Of a DNA stretch of 64,000 nt, positions 62,035 to 64,000 are shown in pieces. The notes below the pieces were generated by a model. That model was given only the letters and a program-made list of their open reading frames with translations. It ran no database searches and was not told where the DNA came from. The stretch lies in assembly GCF_009914755.1 (NCBI RefSeq), contig NC_060947.1; one strand, 5' to 3'. The translations under genes were made by a program, and so were the position numbers. The stretch comes from the human T2T-CHM13v2.0 reference genome, Homo sapiens. The stretch's first letter is position 1. Each line of letters opens with the position of its first letter.

Positions 62035-62347
62035 GTTTTTTTATTATGAAATATTTTAGGTGCACAGAAACCTATAGGGAATAATATAGCATACATAACT
62101 ATGCATCCACTCTGCAGCTTATCAAAGCTTAATATTGGACATTTGCTCCTTTTTAAAAGAGATAAAACCTAAGAGATGGATTTGAAGTCTGTGTATTAGT
62201 CTCTGATTCTATTCCATCCTTCATTTTAAAAAATCAAACAAAAATCAACAATTACTGTGGTTTAGTATAAGTATGCCCATGTTTTCCCCCTTATTTTTAG
62301 TACACATATATGTAGACAATGTGTGTGTGGGGATAGGTATGTGTATA

Positions 62348-62381
<34 letters not shown>

Positions 62382-62800
62382 AATTAACCATTCTTGCGTG
62401 GTAGGAAAAATCTCCATACCTTATTTCCTTGTTTAAAATCATTTTGACATTCTTTTATTATTATTATTATTACTATTATTGTTTTTTCTCTAGTCTTTCA
62501 GATAGATTTTAGAATCAGCTTGCAAAGTTTCATCAAAAATCAGTTGGGATTTAGATGGAAAATACACCGCAATTACTGATTTACTTGGCAATAATTAGCA
62601 TCATTAGCAACTGGAGTGTTTCTATTCATGAACATGACAGATTTCTATACATATTTGCATATCAATTTATGTCTTTTACTGAAGTTTTATAATTTATGCC
62701 GCAAATATATTGAATCTTTTAAAGGTATTTATTCCTAAGTATATTATAGCGTTTGTTGCAATAGTCAATTGCTTCTTGTAAAAAACTACATTTTATAATA
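62035..62800 (-). mobile_element. L1ME-like fragments
   Basis: ttttagaatcagcttgcaaagtt, ctattcatgaacatg and tttattcctaagtat motifs. Confidence 0.6.
62352..62378. repeat. (CA)n microsatellite
   Basis: About 13-14 uninterrupted CA units. Confidence 0.95.
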
Positions 62801-62801
62801 A

Positions 62802-63452
62802 TATTGGGGCTCAGAACACAATACTCTAAAGTATAGCACCTTGGTATGCTGAAAACTTTGAACTGAAGGGGATTGGAAGGGCCTCAGAAGTAAGGTCTCT
62901 CTAACCTTCTCCTCTCTGATCTTCTTCTGCCCTCCTGTCTCCTGATCCTTGTTTTTCTCCAAAGCTAGTCATAGTTATCAAAATTCCTCATCCCATGGCA
63001 GGTCATAGAAACTAGACCTCCTCTTCGCTAAAGCAAGCCCTAAAACCTAGAAGGTTACTCTCTTCCTTCTCCCTTAAAGACTCTAGTTCCAGAGACAGGG
63101 TTCTTGCCCCATACCTAGGAGGAACAAATTGTACACAGAGAGGCCAAGAAGAATCTCAACAGAGAAGCCTTGCTGGATCCGTTGCTCCTCTGTCTGTTAC
63201 CATTAGATCATACCCTTTGTCCAATCACATTTCTGCATGGCTGTCTATTATTCATTGAACCTAAGTATAAAAATAGACAGTATTCCCTGGGTTTTGGGGT
63301 CTTCAATTCTGAAGGCTCCTGCATCACATAAAACTTTGTTAAATAAATTTGTTATGCTTTTCTCTTATTATCCTGTCTTTTGTTACAGGAAGGTTGTCAG
63401 TGACCCTCGTGATGGGTAATAGAAAAGGCATTATACCTTTTTCACCCCTAAA
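62802..63452 (+). mobile_element. Solo ERV1 LTR (MER39-like)
   Basis: tattggggctcagaacacaatac...ggcctcagaag start; TATA-like agtataaaa near 63265; AATAAA near 63342; termini decayed. Confidence 0.7.
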
Positions 63453-63494
63453 ATTGTTTCTTAATGTTATTTAGGAATTCACTGATTTTTATTT

Positions 63495-64000
63495 TTAACT
63501 AAACTTTATACTTTGAGAAGTTTTAGTTTTATAGAAAAGTTGTGACTATAATATGGAGTTCCCATATATCCCACACAGTTTTCCCAATGTTGACATCTTA
63601 CATTAGAATGGTACATTTGTTATAACTTGTGAAACTACATTGATATATTATTATTCACTAAAGTTCATACTTTATTCAAATCTCATTTACCTAATACCAT
63701 TTTTTTCCATTTGAGGATCCAATTCAAGATACCACATTATATTTAGTCATCATGTCTCCTTGGCCTCCACTTAGCTATGACAGCTTCTTATACTTTCCTT
63801 GTTTTTGGTGGCCTTGGTAGCTTTGAGAATTACTGGTCAGGTATTTTGTAGAATGTCTCTGAATTAGGAGACATTATGTGAAGTTTTTCTCATGATTAGA
63901 ATAGTGTTATGGGTTCTAGAAAGGAAGATCATAAAGGTAAAATGCCATTTACATTAAATAATATCAAGGGTATATACTATCAACCTCACTTATCACTGAT
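63495..64000 (-). mobile_element. L1MC-like 3' end
   Basis: gagttcccatata...ggtacatttgtta...ctaaagttcatactttattca...gataccacattatatttag. Confidence 0.7.

Noticed and set aside
63852-63876. Small hairpin aatgtctc...gagacatt
   Set aside because: 8-bp stem inside a decayed L1; too short to be significant.

Overview
AT-rich hominoid (human-like) genomic DNA dominated by retrotransposon-derived sequence, with no recognisable cellular protein-coding exon. Nearly every ORF in the track is an L1, Alu or LTR fragment or a chance ORF. The main element is a full-length ~6.05 kb L1PA2/late-L1PA3 (minus strand, 4616-10665). It has an 11-bp TSD, a +1 frameshift in ORF1, a single nonsense codon in ORF2 and an intact antisense ORF0, and it sits inside an older L1PA13-like element. 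The window also holds a second full-length L1PA13-like element (52205-59780), a four-level nest (L1ME > hAT > L1MA > inverted L1PA), a twin-primed L1PB, truncated L1PAs, Alus, four solo LTRs, MER5/MER20, MIR, L2 and L3. The most notable non-standard structures are a tailless U2 snRNA retro-insert with a 15-bp TSD, a ~630-bp polyadenylated retrocopy of unidentified source, a ~42-bp locally templated insertion, a perfect 26-bp-arm nested palindrome, a right-arm/right-arm Alu dimer and an L1/L1 chimera with inversion and host deletion. I cannot support a new biological system from the sequence alone. Repeat subfamily names come from recalled consensus features, not from a database search, and boundaries of old repeats are approximate.
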